Assembly: GCA_963590665.1 (NCBI GenBank)
Contig: CAVAPR010000004.1
Span: forward strand, 10,492-74,491
Source of the DNA: Candidatus Methanomethylophilaceae archaeon
GTDB taxonomy: Bacteria; Cyanobacteriota; Vampirovibrionia; Gastranaerophilales; Gastranaerophilaceae
Direction: 5' to 3'
DNA length: 64,000 nucleotides
Shown here: positions 38,702-46,701 of the stretch, piece by piece
Layout of the letters: each line of letters begins with the position of its first letter
How positions within the stretch are numbered: position 1 is the first letter of the stretch
The notes under the pieces: generated by a model
Database searches by the model: none
Told to the model about the DNA's origin: nothing
The model's input: only the letters and a program-made list of their open reading frames with translations
Made by a program: the position numbers and the translations under genes

Positions 38702-38738
38702 AAAAGGTGAATAGATTTAGCAAAATCATCCACCTTTT
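38702..38738 (-). terminator. terminator after speE
   Basis: Stem AAAAGGTG/CACCTTTT, followed on the minus strand by a T-run. Confidence 0.6.
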
Positions 38739-38756
38739 AAAATTATTTTCTCAAAA

Positions 38757-39608
38757 TTATAATAATTCTTTCAAATAATTTGGCAATGCGAAACGAGCAT
38801 TGTGATATTCTTTGTTGTAAATCTTACAAGTTGGAATAATTTCATTTGCTCTTTCATCATTAAAATATTCCAAAGGTTTTACATCAACTGAGCAGAATGC
38901 CCAAGCCCAATATCCACCAGGGTATGTTGGAATATTTGAAGTGTAGGTTGAAACTGTTGGAAATACTTTTTTCAACAAGTCATACATTTTTTTGATTTCT
39001 TCTTTATTTGTAAAAGGTGATTCTGATTGAGCAACCATAATACCACCTTTTTTAAGAGCATTTTTAACATTAGTGTAAAACTCTTCGGTGAATAAACCTT
39101 CCCCAGGACCCATTGGGTCAGTTGAATCAATCAAGATAATATCAAATTCATCTTTTTTATCTTTAATATACTCAATTGCATCTTGAACCAAAATTTCAAC
39201 TTTCGGATTGTCTAATTCGCAAGCAATAGTTGGAAGATATTTTTTACAAGCTTCAATAACCATACCGTCGATTTCGCATAGAACAGCTTTTTCAACAGTC
39301 TTGTGTTTCAAAACTTCTCTGATTGTACCGCCATCGCCACCGCCAATTACAAGAACTGATTTTGGACAAGGATGTTGCATCATAGGAATATGCGCAATCA
39401 TTTCGTGGTAATGATATTCATCACCTTCAGTTGTCATCATCAAATCATCAAGAGTTAAAACTCTGCCTAATTTTGAATCAGTTTCAAAAACTTCTACCTT
39501 TTGGAATGGAGATTGTTCAGAAAACAAAACTTTTCCAGCTTTGATAGCAATTCCGTATCCTCCAGGGGTAATTTCATGATAATAACCATTTTCTATACCA
39601 TTTTTCAT
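38757..39608 (-). CDS. speE: spermidine synthase
   Basis: VLVIGGGDGGTIREVLKH, DIILIDSTDPMGPGEGLF. Confidence 0.92.
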   Translation of the reverse strand: MKNGIENGYYHEITPGGYGIAIKAGKVLFSEQSPFQKVEVFETDSKLGRVLTLDDLMMTTEGDEYHYHEMIAHIPMMQHPCPKSVLVIGGGDGGTIREVLKHKTVEKAVLCEIDGMVIEACKKYLPTIACELDNPKVEILVQDAIEYIKDKKDEFDIILIDSTDPMGPGEGLFTEEFYTNVKNALKKGGIMVAQSESPFTNKEEIKKMYDLLKKVFPTVSTYTSNIPTYPGGYWAWAFCSVDVKPLEYFNDERANEIIPTCKIYNKEYHNARFALPNYLKELL

Positions 39609-39645
39609 TATTAATTTCCCTTTCTTAGTTTGTATTTATATTTTA

Positions 39646-39963
39646 TTATTCGGCTTTTCCCATAACGTGAATATGCAAGTGCATAACTTCTTGTCCAGCT
39701 TCTTTGCCAGTATTTATTTGAACTTTATATGCTTTTAGCCCAGCTTTTTTAGCAGAATCTTTGACAGCTTGCATAAGTTCAGCCATCAAATTTTTATCAT
39801 CTAATTCAATTAAAGATTGAATATGTTTTTTAGGACACACAAGCAAATGAACTGGAGCTTTAGGATTTATGTCTTTAAAAACAACAGTATTTTCTGTTTC
39901 ATAAACAAACTCTGTTCCAAAATCCCCGTTAATAATCTTACAAAAAATACAATCTTCACTCAT
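39646..39963 (-). CDS. histidine triad (HIT) family protein
   Basis: CIFCKI N-terminus and HLHIHVMG triad. Confidence 0.9.
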   Translation of the reverse strand: MSEDCIFCKIINGDFGTEFVYETENTVVFKDINPKAPVHLLVCPKKHIQSLIELDDKNLMAELMQAVKDSAKKAGLKAYKVQINTGKEAGQEVMHLHIHVMGKAE

Positions 39964-40363
39964 CTTGATTTCTCCTAACTAAAATTAAATAACCAATACG
40001 AAAAACCCGTATATTGATAAATATAACATAAATAAAGTCTATAAGTCTATAAGTTGATAAGTGAATAAGTCTATAAGTTCGTTACGTAAATTTTCCCTCC
40101 CCAAGGGTGGAGGGATTAAGGGAGAGGGGTTGATGTATAAGGAAAAAGGGACAAGGGAAATAGGGAAATAAGTTCGTTACATAACATTTTCCCTCTCCAA
40201 GAGACACTAGCGGAACCAATAGTTTTACCCTCTCCTTGAGGAGAGGGCTAGGGTGAGGTGGTAAACAGAACAAGCCGAACCTATGAAACTGAGTGCCGTA
40301 TAACTAAGGGCAGGGAGAGGGGTTAACTCAATGCATAGGATATAAAATACTACCCAGAATGAA

Positions 40364-40541
40364 GATACAGCTGTTTCCCCTCCACTTTGAGGGAGGGGAA
40401 GAATTTCAATACGAACTATGTGAGTATTAGAAATTCAGGGGAGGGGGATATTTAATTTCAAACCCCTCCTCGAAATCAAAGATTTCGGTCCTCCCACAAT
40501 CTGGGGAGGACATTATTCTTGGAGTATCAATTGTATGGTCT
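40364..40541 (-). repeat. K element copy 1 (148-nt multi-hairpin core at 40364-40511)
   Basis: Its reverse complement differs from copies 2 and 3 at one position of the 148-nt core (CTCAAAGTGG versus CTCAGAGTGG). Confidence 0.9.
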
Positions 40542-40830
40542 TAATCTGTTTTCTTCTTTGAGAGAGAAGATTTATCTAAACGCATAGGATAGAGATTCTT
40601 CGGGTAAATTTGTAATATTGTTTTTTACATTCAATTATTTACCCCTCAGAATGACTGAACTCTATTTTCCCTCCCCAAGGGTGGAGGGATTAAGGGAGAG
40701 GGTTCTTTTTTTCTAATAAACCCCTCTCCTAACCTCTCCCTCGGAGAGGAATTATGTTCAATATCTTAACAAGCCCGTCATACTGAGCGGAGCGAAGTAT
40801 CTCAAGCTGAACGAGTTCAGATTAACCCCT
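40364..40830 (-). repeat. left arm of the long inverted repeat flanking the pilin-like gene
   Basis: Its reverse complement aligns with 42097-42546 from AGGGGTTAATCTGAAC... to ...GGGGAAACAGCTGTATC. The alignment is interrupted only by module-sized indels. Confidence 0.85.
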
Positions 40831-41794
40831 ATCTATAGTTAATATAATCAGTCCAGTAGTTGTTATGACGAGTTACAGTCTTACCTTTTGCAGAAGTACC
40901 TGTATCTTTTTTATTTCCTAATCTATCAGCCCAGTCCATAGCGGCAATATTTTCTACAGGTTCATTAAAATAGCAATAATCAACCGCAGACCCAGAACCT
41001 TTTCTGTATCCAGTTTGACTTGGCATTTTATTCCCCCAACTATCACTAGAGATTTTATTTATATCACAAAGAACAAATTGACCAGAATAATTGCCAACAT
41101 GCGGGTCATCTGGGTTTTCATTATTTATATATATAGCTATTTCTTTAGCTGTCATTGGTTTAAAAATAAATGTATCTATATTCATTCTATTTGGCGCAGC
41201 TGTTCCATTTATATCAACACAAACGAACTGATTTTCACCATTGAAAGTCCATATACGACCTTTTGAATCAGTCCAAATTCCACCGTTATCACAAACAATT
41301 CCTGGAGATCCTGTTTTATCTTCAGTTTCAGTATTATGAAACCATTTTGGTCCTTGCGGAGCACCAGCATCTTTATATATTTGTTTTAACCTCCCACTTA
41401 TACCATTACTTGAATTAGCATTCTTATCAAAAGGTGCACCTCCTGCTAAATATGACATAAATTCACTTGCCCAACGTCTTGTATCACCATAGACATTTTT
41501 ACCTGCAGCAGTTTGAGTACCACATCTAAAGTTTGGGGCTTTTGACATATCAGTATATACACATTTATAAGCGAACTCACCAACATCGCCATTTTCATAG
41601 TTCATTCTAGCGCCAATTTCTTTGACTTCGCTATATGTTGAGCGGAACTGTTGTTCCAAAACTTTTCCACGGTAATTGTATGCCAAAGTTGGGATTGTCA
41701 ACGCTGCAACAGACCCCAAAAGCCCAATCGCTATCAACAATTCCGCCAATGTAAAACCAGATTTTTTATGCCAAAAACTCACGATTATAACCAA
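40829..41794 (-). CDS. prepilin-type N-terminal cleavage/methylation domain protein (type IV pilin-like, long form)
   Basis: HKKSG|FTLAELLIAIGLLGSVAALTIPTL. Paralog motif VDINGTAAPNRMNIDTFIFKP. 321 aa. Confidence 0.85.
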   Translation of the reverse strand: MVIIVSFWHKKSGFTLAELLIAIGLLGSVAALTIPTLAYNYRGKVLEQQFRSTYSEVKEIGARMNYENGDVGEFAYKCVYTDMSKAPNFRCGTQTAAGKNVYGDTRRWASEFMSYLAGGAPFDKNANSSNGISGRLKQIYKDAGAPQGPKWFHNTETEDKTGSPGIVCDNGGIWTDSKGRIWTFNGENQFVCVDINGTAAPNRMNIDTFIFKPMTAKEIAIYINNENPDDPHVGNYSGQFVLCDINKISSDSWGNKMPSQTGYRKGSGSAVDYCYFNEPVENIAAMDWADRLGNKKDTGTSAKGKTVTRHNNYWTDYINYR

Positions 41795-42096
41795 TCCTCA
41801 TAAACTTCCAATAACATGTTTATTATAACGTATTTTTTGCCTAAAGTCTAGAGGAGGGTGAGAAATGTTGTGAGGAACTTGTTTTAGAATTTCTGGCTAA
41901 ATGCACCAGTTAGAGATGCTGAAACAGCTAATGGCTTCGTCAACGCATACAGACTCACACGTTTCGCCTACAGCTCAACGGTTCGCTTTGTAAAGTTCAA
42001 CATGACAAGTGTGTTCGGTTTACCTCCTCACCCTAACCCTCTCCTCAAGGAGAGGGAAATTCTGTGTTCCTTCTCCCTTGGGAGAAGGTTAGGATG

Positions 42097-42546
42097 AGGG
42101 GTTAATCTGAACTTGTTCAGCTTGAGATACTTCGCTCCGCTCAGTATGACAAACTTGTTAAGATATTGAACATAATTCCTCTCCGAGGGACACTAGCTGA
42201 ACCAACGAAACGAAGTTGAGTTGTGTGAAACTGCGTGCCGTATGGCTGAGGTTAGGAGAAGGGTTGATTAGAAAAAAGAAAAATCCTCTCCCTTAGTCCC
42301 TCCACCCTTGGGGAGGGAAAATAGTGCTATTATTCTGAGGGACAAGTAATTGAATGTAAAAAACAGGCTAAGACTATACAATTGATACTCCAAGAATTGT
42401 CCTCCCCAGATTGTGGGAGGACCGAAATCTTTGATTTCGAGGAGGGGTTTGAAATTAAATATCCCCCTCCCCTGAATTTCTAATACTCACATAGTTCGTA
42501 TTGAAATTCTTCCCCTCCCTCAGAGTGGAGGGGAAACAGCTGTATC
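42097..42546 (+). repeat. right arm of the long inverted repeat flanking the pilin-like gene
   Basis: See the left arm. Contains a 59-nt insert (42191-42249) that is absent from the left arm. Confidence 0.85.
42371..42546 (+). repeat. K element copy 2 (core 42399-42546)
   Basis: The 148-nt core is identical to copy 3. Confidence 0.9.
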
Positions 42547-42591
42547 CTCATTCTGAATAGTATGAAAATGTTATGTAACCAACTTGTAGAC

Positions 42592-43164
42592 TTATCTTAT
42601 CCTTTTACCCAAAGACAAGCCTGCAGGAAGTGGTAAAACTACATTTTCGAAATCAGGGTCTGCATCAATTGCATCTAAAAATGTCTGTACTTTTGCTGCG
42701 TGAGAAATTACATTATCACAAGCAATATAACCACCTACGTTTAAATGTGGTTTTATAAATTCGAAAAACTTAATATATTGCGATTTATTCGCATCAATAA
42801 ATGCGAAATCTATCCTAAAATCCTCTGGCAAATATTCCAAAATCGTTGCGGCATCGCCTTTTCTGGTTTCAATAATATCCCCAACTCCGCATTTTTCAAA
42901 ATTTTCTTTTGCGACATCTAATCTCTTATCGTAAAACTCAATTGTAGTCAACTTACCACCAGTTTTTTTAAGAGCTTTGCCTAACCAAATTCCAGAATAA
43001 CCGTTAGAAGTTCCAACTTCTACAACACTTTTTGCTTTGGAATCAACAATCAAATTGTACAAAAATTCCGCAGTTGGTCGTGAAATATTCCAAAATTGTT
43101 TTTGGGTTTTTTCTAATTCTTTCAAGACTTCTTGAGTCGTGTTATCAAATGTTTCTATAATCAT
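42592..43164 (-). CDS. class I SAM-dependent O-methyltransferase (family 3, caffeoyl-CoA OMT-like)
   Basis: VVEVGTSNGYSGIWLG SAM motif, and IDANKSQY. Confidence 0.8.
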   Translation of the reverse strand: MIIETFDNTTQEVLKELEKTQKQFWNISRPTAEFLYNLIVDSKAKSVVEVGTSNGYSGIWLGKALKKTGGKLTTIEFYDKRLDVAKENFEKCGVGDIIETRKGDAATILEYLPEDFRIDFAFIDANKSQYIKFFEFIKPHLNVGGYIACDNVISHAAKVQTFLDAIDADPDFENVVLPLPAGLSLGKRIR

Positions 43165-44576
43165 TTTATTGTTTTAACCTTATCAACAACAACAATTGAA
43201 CGAACTGGAACATCAAGCGGACTTGTTTTCACAATTTCTTTTGTTGCTGTATCTATAACTGAATACAAACCAGAACGAGCATTTGTAACCATAATCATAT
43301 CAGTATTTTCAATAGGTGTAATATTTGTTGCAAATGCGTTTGTGTTTAAAAATAATTTATCTGTAATTACATCTTCTTTAGTATCAAGAACTTCAACTAA
43401 ATTTTCCGCAGCCCCCAAAATATACAATTCATCGTTTTTAGCATACAAATCAACAGGTTTTTCACAAACCTCTAATTCTGCTTGCAATTCCAATGTATCA
43501 TAATCCACAATTGCAAGTCTATTTTGAGTTCTACTTATTATATAAATTTTTCCATTTACGTAAGCAATTTTTGAAATATTTGGGAAGCTACCAATATTTT
43601 TCAACATGTAATTATTATCCAATTCCATTGCCCAAATATTATTAGTATTTCTATCTACGTAAAAGATTTTTGAACCATCTTCAGACAAAGTCAACTTTTC
43701 GCACATTCCATTAACTTTCAACTGTCTTTTTAATGTCATCGTTTCTAGGCTAAATACATAAATACTAGAATTTGAACCAGATGAAATATATGCAAGTTTA
43801 TGATTATTATCAATCAAAATTTGCTCTGGACAAACATCAAAAGGTATTTGTTTGATAACTTTTTCATCCATCAAAGAAATAATATTCATTGTTTTTGAAT
43901 CAAAATATGTTACCAACAAAAATTCTCCATTATAAGATTTAATATCATTGATAATTGCATCTTGCGCTAGAGAATATTCAGCAACTTTTGAATTTGATTG
44001 AATTACTTGAATATTTTTATTTATACCTGTTGCGATATAAAAAGTTTTGTTATTCAACTCTTGAACTGGAGAAACTGTTTTTTTACCTTTAGTTCTAGTA
44101 TTGTTAATTTTTAATCCAGTATCTTTTGTAACATTTACATCAACATCACCGATAATACCCTTCAAAGTTTCTGGAATAACCAAACCTTTTGGAAGCATAA
44201 TATCTTGTGGCAAAACACCAGATTGAAGTTCATCTGGCGGATTCATCAAGTTAATAACAGTCTTTTTACCGTTTGTATTTATTACCTTCAAAAGTACATA
44301 TCTATTATTCAAAATTACCATATCTGGTTTTTGTTTAAGTGATTGATTTAGAGGGTAAGTACTTTTGATGCCAACTTTTTCAACTTCTTCAACTTTCGCA
44401 GGGAAAACTGGTAAATACATTGTGTTATCTGGCAAAACAATTACCCCATCAAAACGGAAATTTGTTTGAGGGAAAGTTTGATTTACAAAATCTTGAATAT
44501 CTTGTGAAACTTGGGTAGCATAAGCATTTCCAGATATTGCAAAACATAAAATTAAAGATAACAACAATTTACGCAT
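43161..44576 (-). CDS. secreted beta-propeller repeat protein (YVTN-like)
   Basis: Signal peptide MRKLLLSLILCFAISGNAYA and repeated ~40-aa blades (...IYVFS..., ...IFYVD..., ...IYIIS..., ...LYILG...). Overlaps the OMT gene by 4 nt. Confidence 0.6.
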   Translation of the reverse strand: MRKLLLSLILCFAISGNAYATQVSQDIQDFVNQTFPQTNFRFDGVIVLPDNTMYLPVFPAKVEEVEKVGIKSTYPLNQSLKQKPDMVILNNRYVLLKVINTNGKKTVINLMNPPDELQSGVLPQDIMLPKGLVIPETLKGIIGDVDVNVTKDTGLKINNTRTKGKKTVSPVQELNNKTFYIATGINKNIQVIQSNSKVAEYSLAQDAIINDIKSYNGEFLLVTYFDSKTMNIISLMDEKVIKQIPFDVCPEQILIDNNHKLAYISSGSNSSIYVFSLETMTLKRQLKVNGMCEKLTLSEDGSKIFYVDRNTNNIWAMELDNNYMLKNIGSFPNISKIAYVNGKIYIISRTQNRLAIVDYDTLELQAELEVCEKPVDLYAKNDELYILGAAENLVEVLDTKEDVITDKLFLNTNAFATNITPIENTDMIMVTNARSGLYSVIDTATKEIVKTSPLDVPVRSIVVVDKVKTIK

Positions 44577-44578
44577 GG

Positions 44579-45703
44579 TTATTTAAAAACTCCCTTAACT
44601 TTGGACATAATAGATTTTTGTGGTTTCTTACCTGTTTGAATTTCATACAATTTTTGGTAAAGTGCTTTTTCTTCTTCATTCAAACGAGTAGGAACTTTCA
44701 CTTTTAATACTACAATATGATCGCCTCTTTGTGAAGGTCTTGTAAGAATTGGAACACCAGCACCTTTAATTTTCACAATATTACCGTGCTGAGCACCAGC
44801 TGGAACTTGAATAGTCTTTTCACCGTCTAGAGTTTTGATTGTAACATTGTCACCAACAACAGCTTGAGCTGGAGAAATTTCAAGTTCAGTAAATACATTT
44901 ATACCATCACGTTTGTAATAATCAGATGATTCAACACGAACAACTACGAACAAATCTCCGTTTGGTCCGCCATTTGTACCGCAATCACCACCGCCAGAAA
45001 CACGAATTTTAGACATATTGTCAACACCAGCAGGTATTTTTATTTCAATTTTCTTTTCTTTGTTTAATTGACCATGACCGTTACAAGTTTTACAAGGCTT
45101 GTCAATAACTTGTCCAGAACCGTGGCAGTGCGGACATATCGTAACTTGTGCAAAATTACCTAGTGGAGTTCTCGTAACTGTTTTCACTTGACCAGAACCA
45201 TTACATTGAGGACAAGTTTTTTTAGCACTACCTTTTTCAGCACCAGTACCGTTACAATCTGGACAAAGTTCAAGGTGGTCAAATTTAATTTCTTTATTGC
45301 ATCCAAAGACAGCTTCTTCAAATTTCAATTTGATGTCATATCTTAAATCATCACCACGTTGAGGAGCATTTGGGTCAACACCTCCGCCAAATCCGAAACC
45401 ACCAAATCCGCCAAAGAAAGATTCAAAAATATCATTTATATCACCAAATCCACCAGCGAAAGGTCCATTTGTATCAAAACCTGCATTTTTCAAACCATCT
45501 TCGCCATATTGGTCATAAGTTGCACGTTTGTTTTCATCAGATAAAGTTTCGTAGGCTTTACCTAATTCTTTAAATTTTTCTTCTGCATCTGGAGCTTTGT
45601 TAACGTCTGGGTGTAATTCTCTAGCTTTTCTACGAAAAGCCACTTTTATTTCTTCTTTGGTCGCCTCTTTAGTGACCCCTAATATATCATAATAATCTGC
45701 CAT
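44579..45703 (-). CDS. dnaJ: molecular chaperone DnaJ
   Basis: J domain with HPD (ELHPDVNK), G/F region, and four CxxCxGxG zinc-finger repeats. Confidence 0.97.
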   Translation of the reverse strand: MADYYDILGVTKEATKEEIKVAFRRKARELHPDVNKAPDAEEKFKELGKAYETLSDENKRATYDQYGEDGLKNAGFDTNGPFAGGFGDINDIFESFFGGFGGFGFGGGVDPNAPQRGDDLRYDIKLKFEEAVFGCNKEIKFDHLELCPDCNGTGAEKGSAKKTCPQCNGSGQVKTVTRTPLGNFAQVTICPHCHGSGQVIDKPCKTCNGHGQLNKEKKIEIKIPAGVDNMSKIRVSGGGDCGTNGGPNGDLFVVVRVESSDYYKRDGINVFTELEISPAQAVVGDNVTIKTLDGEKTIQVPAGAQHGNIVKIKGAGVPILTRPSQRGDHIVVLKVKVPTRLNEEEKALYQKLYEIQTGKKPQKSIMSKVKGVFK

Positions 45704-45748
45704 TGTTCTTTTTTAATACTTCCTTCTAGTCCTCAAATCTGTAAAATT

Positions 45749-46324
45749 CTAACCTTGAGTTGCAACGTTAACTAGCGTTGGACGCAAGATTTTATCCCCT
45801 ACCTTGTAACCTTTTTGTAATTCGTTGATTACAGTGTGTTCTGGGTGTTCAGTTGTTGGGGTTTGCATTACAGCTTCGTGGAAATTAGGATCAAATTCTT
45901 CACCAACAGCTTTGATTTCTTCTAGACCTAATTTTGACAAAGTATCCCATACTTGTTTGTGAACAAGTTGAAAACATTCTTTAACTTTTGCACTATCTTC
46001 AACACCTTCAAGCGCCTTTTGTCCACGTTCAAAGTTATCCAAAACTTCAAGCATTTTTTTAAGGGCAGTTTCTGTTCCGTATTTTACAAGACTTTCACGT
46101 TCTTGTTCTTGACGTTTTCTATAATTGTCAAAATCTGCAGCAAGTCTTATGTACTGTTGATTTAATTTGTCATAAGCTTCTTGCAATTTTTTATTGTCTT
46201 CTGATTTTGTTTCTTCTTTTTTAGATTCATCTTCTACAGGAGTTTCTGTTTCTTTAGATTCTGTAGTATTTTCATCTTTAACTATATCTTCGTTTTTGAA
46301 CGGATTAGAACTTTTATCTGTCAT
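45749..46324 (-). CDS. grpE: nucleotide exchange factor GrpE
   Basis: YIRLAADFDNYRKR and C-terminal GYKVGDKILRPTLV. Confidence 0.95.
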   Translation of the reverse strand: MTDKSSNPFKNEDIVKDENTTESKETETPVEDESKKEETKSEDNKKLQEAYDKLNQQYIRLAADFDNYRKRQEQERESLVKYGTETALKKMLEVLDNFERGQKALEGVEDSAKVKECFQLVHKQVWDTLSKLGLEEIKAVGEEFDPNFHEAVMQTPTTEHPEHTVINELQKGYKVGDKILRPTLVNVATQG

Positions 46325-46356
46325 AGCTTTTCCCCTTCATAATATTATATACATAT

Positions 46357-46384
46357 ATTATAGAGTATCAATGTGATTTCACAA
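46357..46384 (-). promoter_or_regulatory. candidate sigma-70 promoter of grpE
   Basis: On the minus strand TTGTGA (46384-46379), 16-nt spacer, TATAAT (46362-46357), about 33 nt upstream of the grpE ATG. Confidence 0.4.
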
Positions 46385-46418
46385 GGGAAATTTATTTTTT
46401 TTTAATAATTCAAAATAG

Positions 46419-46575
46419 AAGGGACAGGTTTCCAAATAGTCACCAGTCCCTTTTTTATCGGTTGTTATCCTGACAGTCCATGCAAACCTGCCAGACAACC
46501 GTCTTTATCCTGCCGCATTTTTGCATGCCCGCTTCGAGTCGCGGGGTGACTCGGCTATCGGATAGAAAATTGTTT
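46419..46575 (-). ncRNA. candidate structured small RNA of unknown class, ending in a terminator hairpin
   Basis: GC-rich island (55 G+C in 46461-46560 by hand count, in AT-rich surroundings). Multiple mutually exclusive helices are possible. Terminator-like hairpin AAGGGAC...GTCCCTT at 46419-46452 has U-runs on both strands. Strand assignment is tentative. Confidence 0.4.
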
Positions 46576-46701
46576 TCTTTCTTATAAAATATCGATTTTT
46601 GCGAGATTTTTCATTACCTAAAATGCCTATTTATTCTTAAACTTTTAGACAATAGAATTTCCTCTTTTATTTTGAATAATTAGTTAAAAAAGGAGAAAAA
46701 T

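Larger units (their letters stand above)
40028..40830. repeat. mosaic palindromic repeat block 5
   Basis: 8-mer array at the left edge (40036-40080), several CCCTCC/GGAGGG hairpins, K core copy 1, and the left arm of the long inverted repeat. It ends exactly at the stop codon of the pilin-like gene. Confidence 0.9.
41890..42591. repeat. mosaic palindromic repeat block 6
   Basis: AGAGATGCTGAAACA...AGTTCAACATGACA hairpin split by a 67-nt insert (41927-41993), the right arm of the long inverted repeat, K core copy 2, and the right-edge motif GAAAATGTTATGTAACCAACTTGTAGACTT. Confidence 0.9.

Noticed and set aside
46325-46420. CIRCE/HrcA operator or RNA thermometer upstream of grpE
   Set aside because: I found no TTAGCACTC-N9-GAGTGCTAA-like inverted repeat. 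The short 5' UTR shows no obvious SD-masking hairpin.
46525-46555. tRNA or tRNA fragment (TTCGAGT T-loop-like string flanked by CCCGC/GCGGG)
   Set aside because: The loop would be 8 nt with a C-C clash at the G53-C61 position. No matching acceptor, D or anticodon arms lie upstream. No cloverleaf can be drawn.
46419-46575. SRP (4.5S) RNA, 6S RNA or a known riboswitch as the identity of the GC-rich island
   Set aside because: It lacks the conserved SRP helix-8 sequence (GUCAGGUCCGGAAGGAAGCAGC with GGAA tetraloop). It is too short for 6S, RNase P or tmRNA. I could not match it to any riboswitch consensus I remember. It is kept only as an unknown-class candidate.
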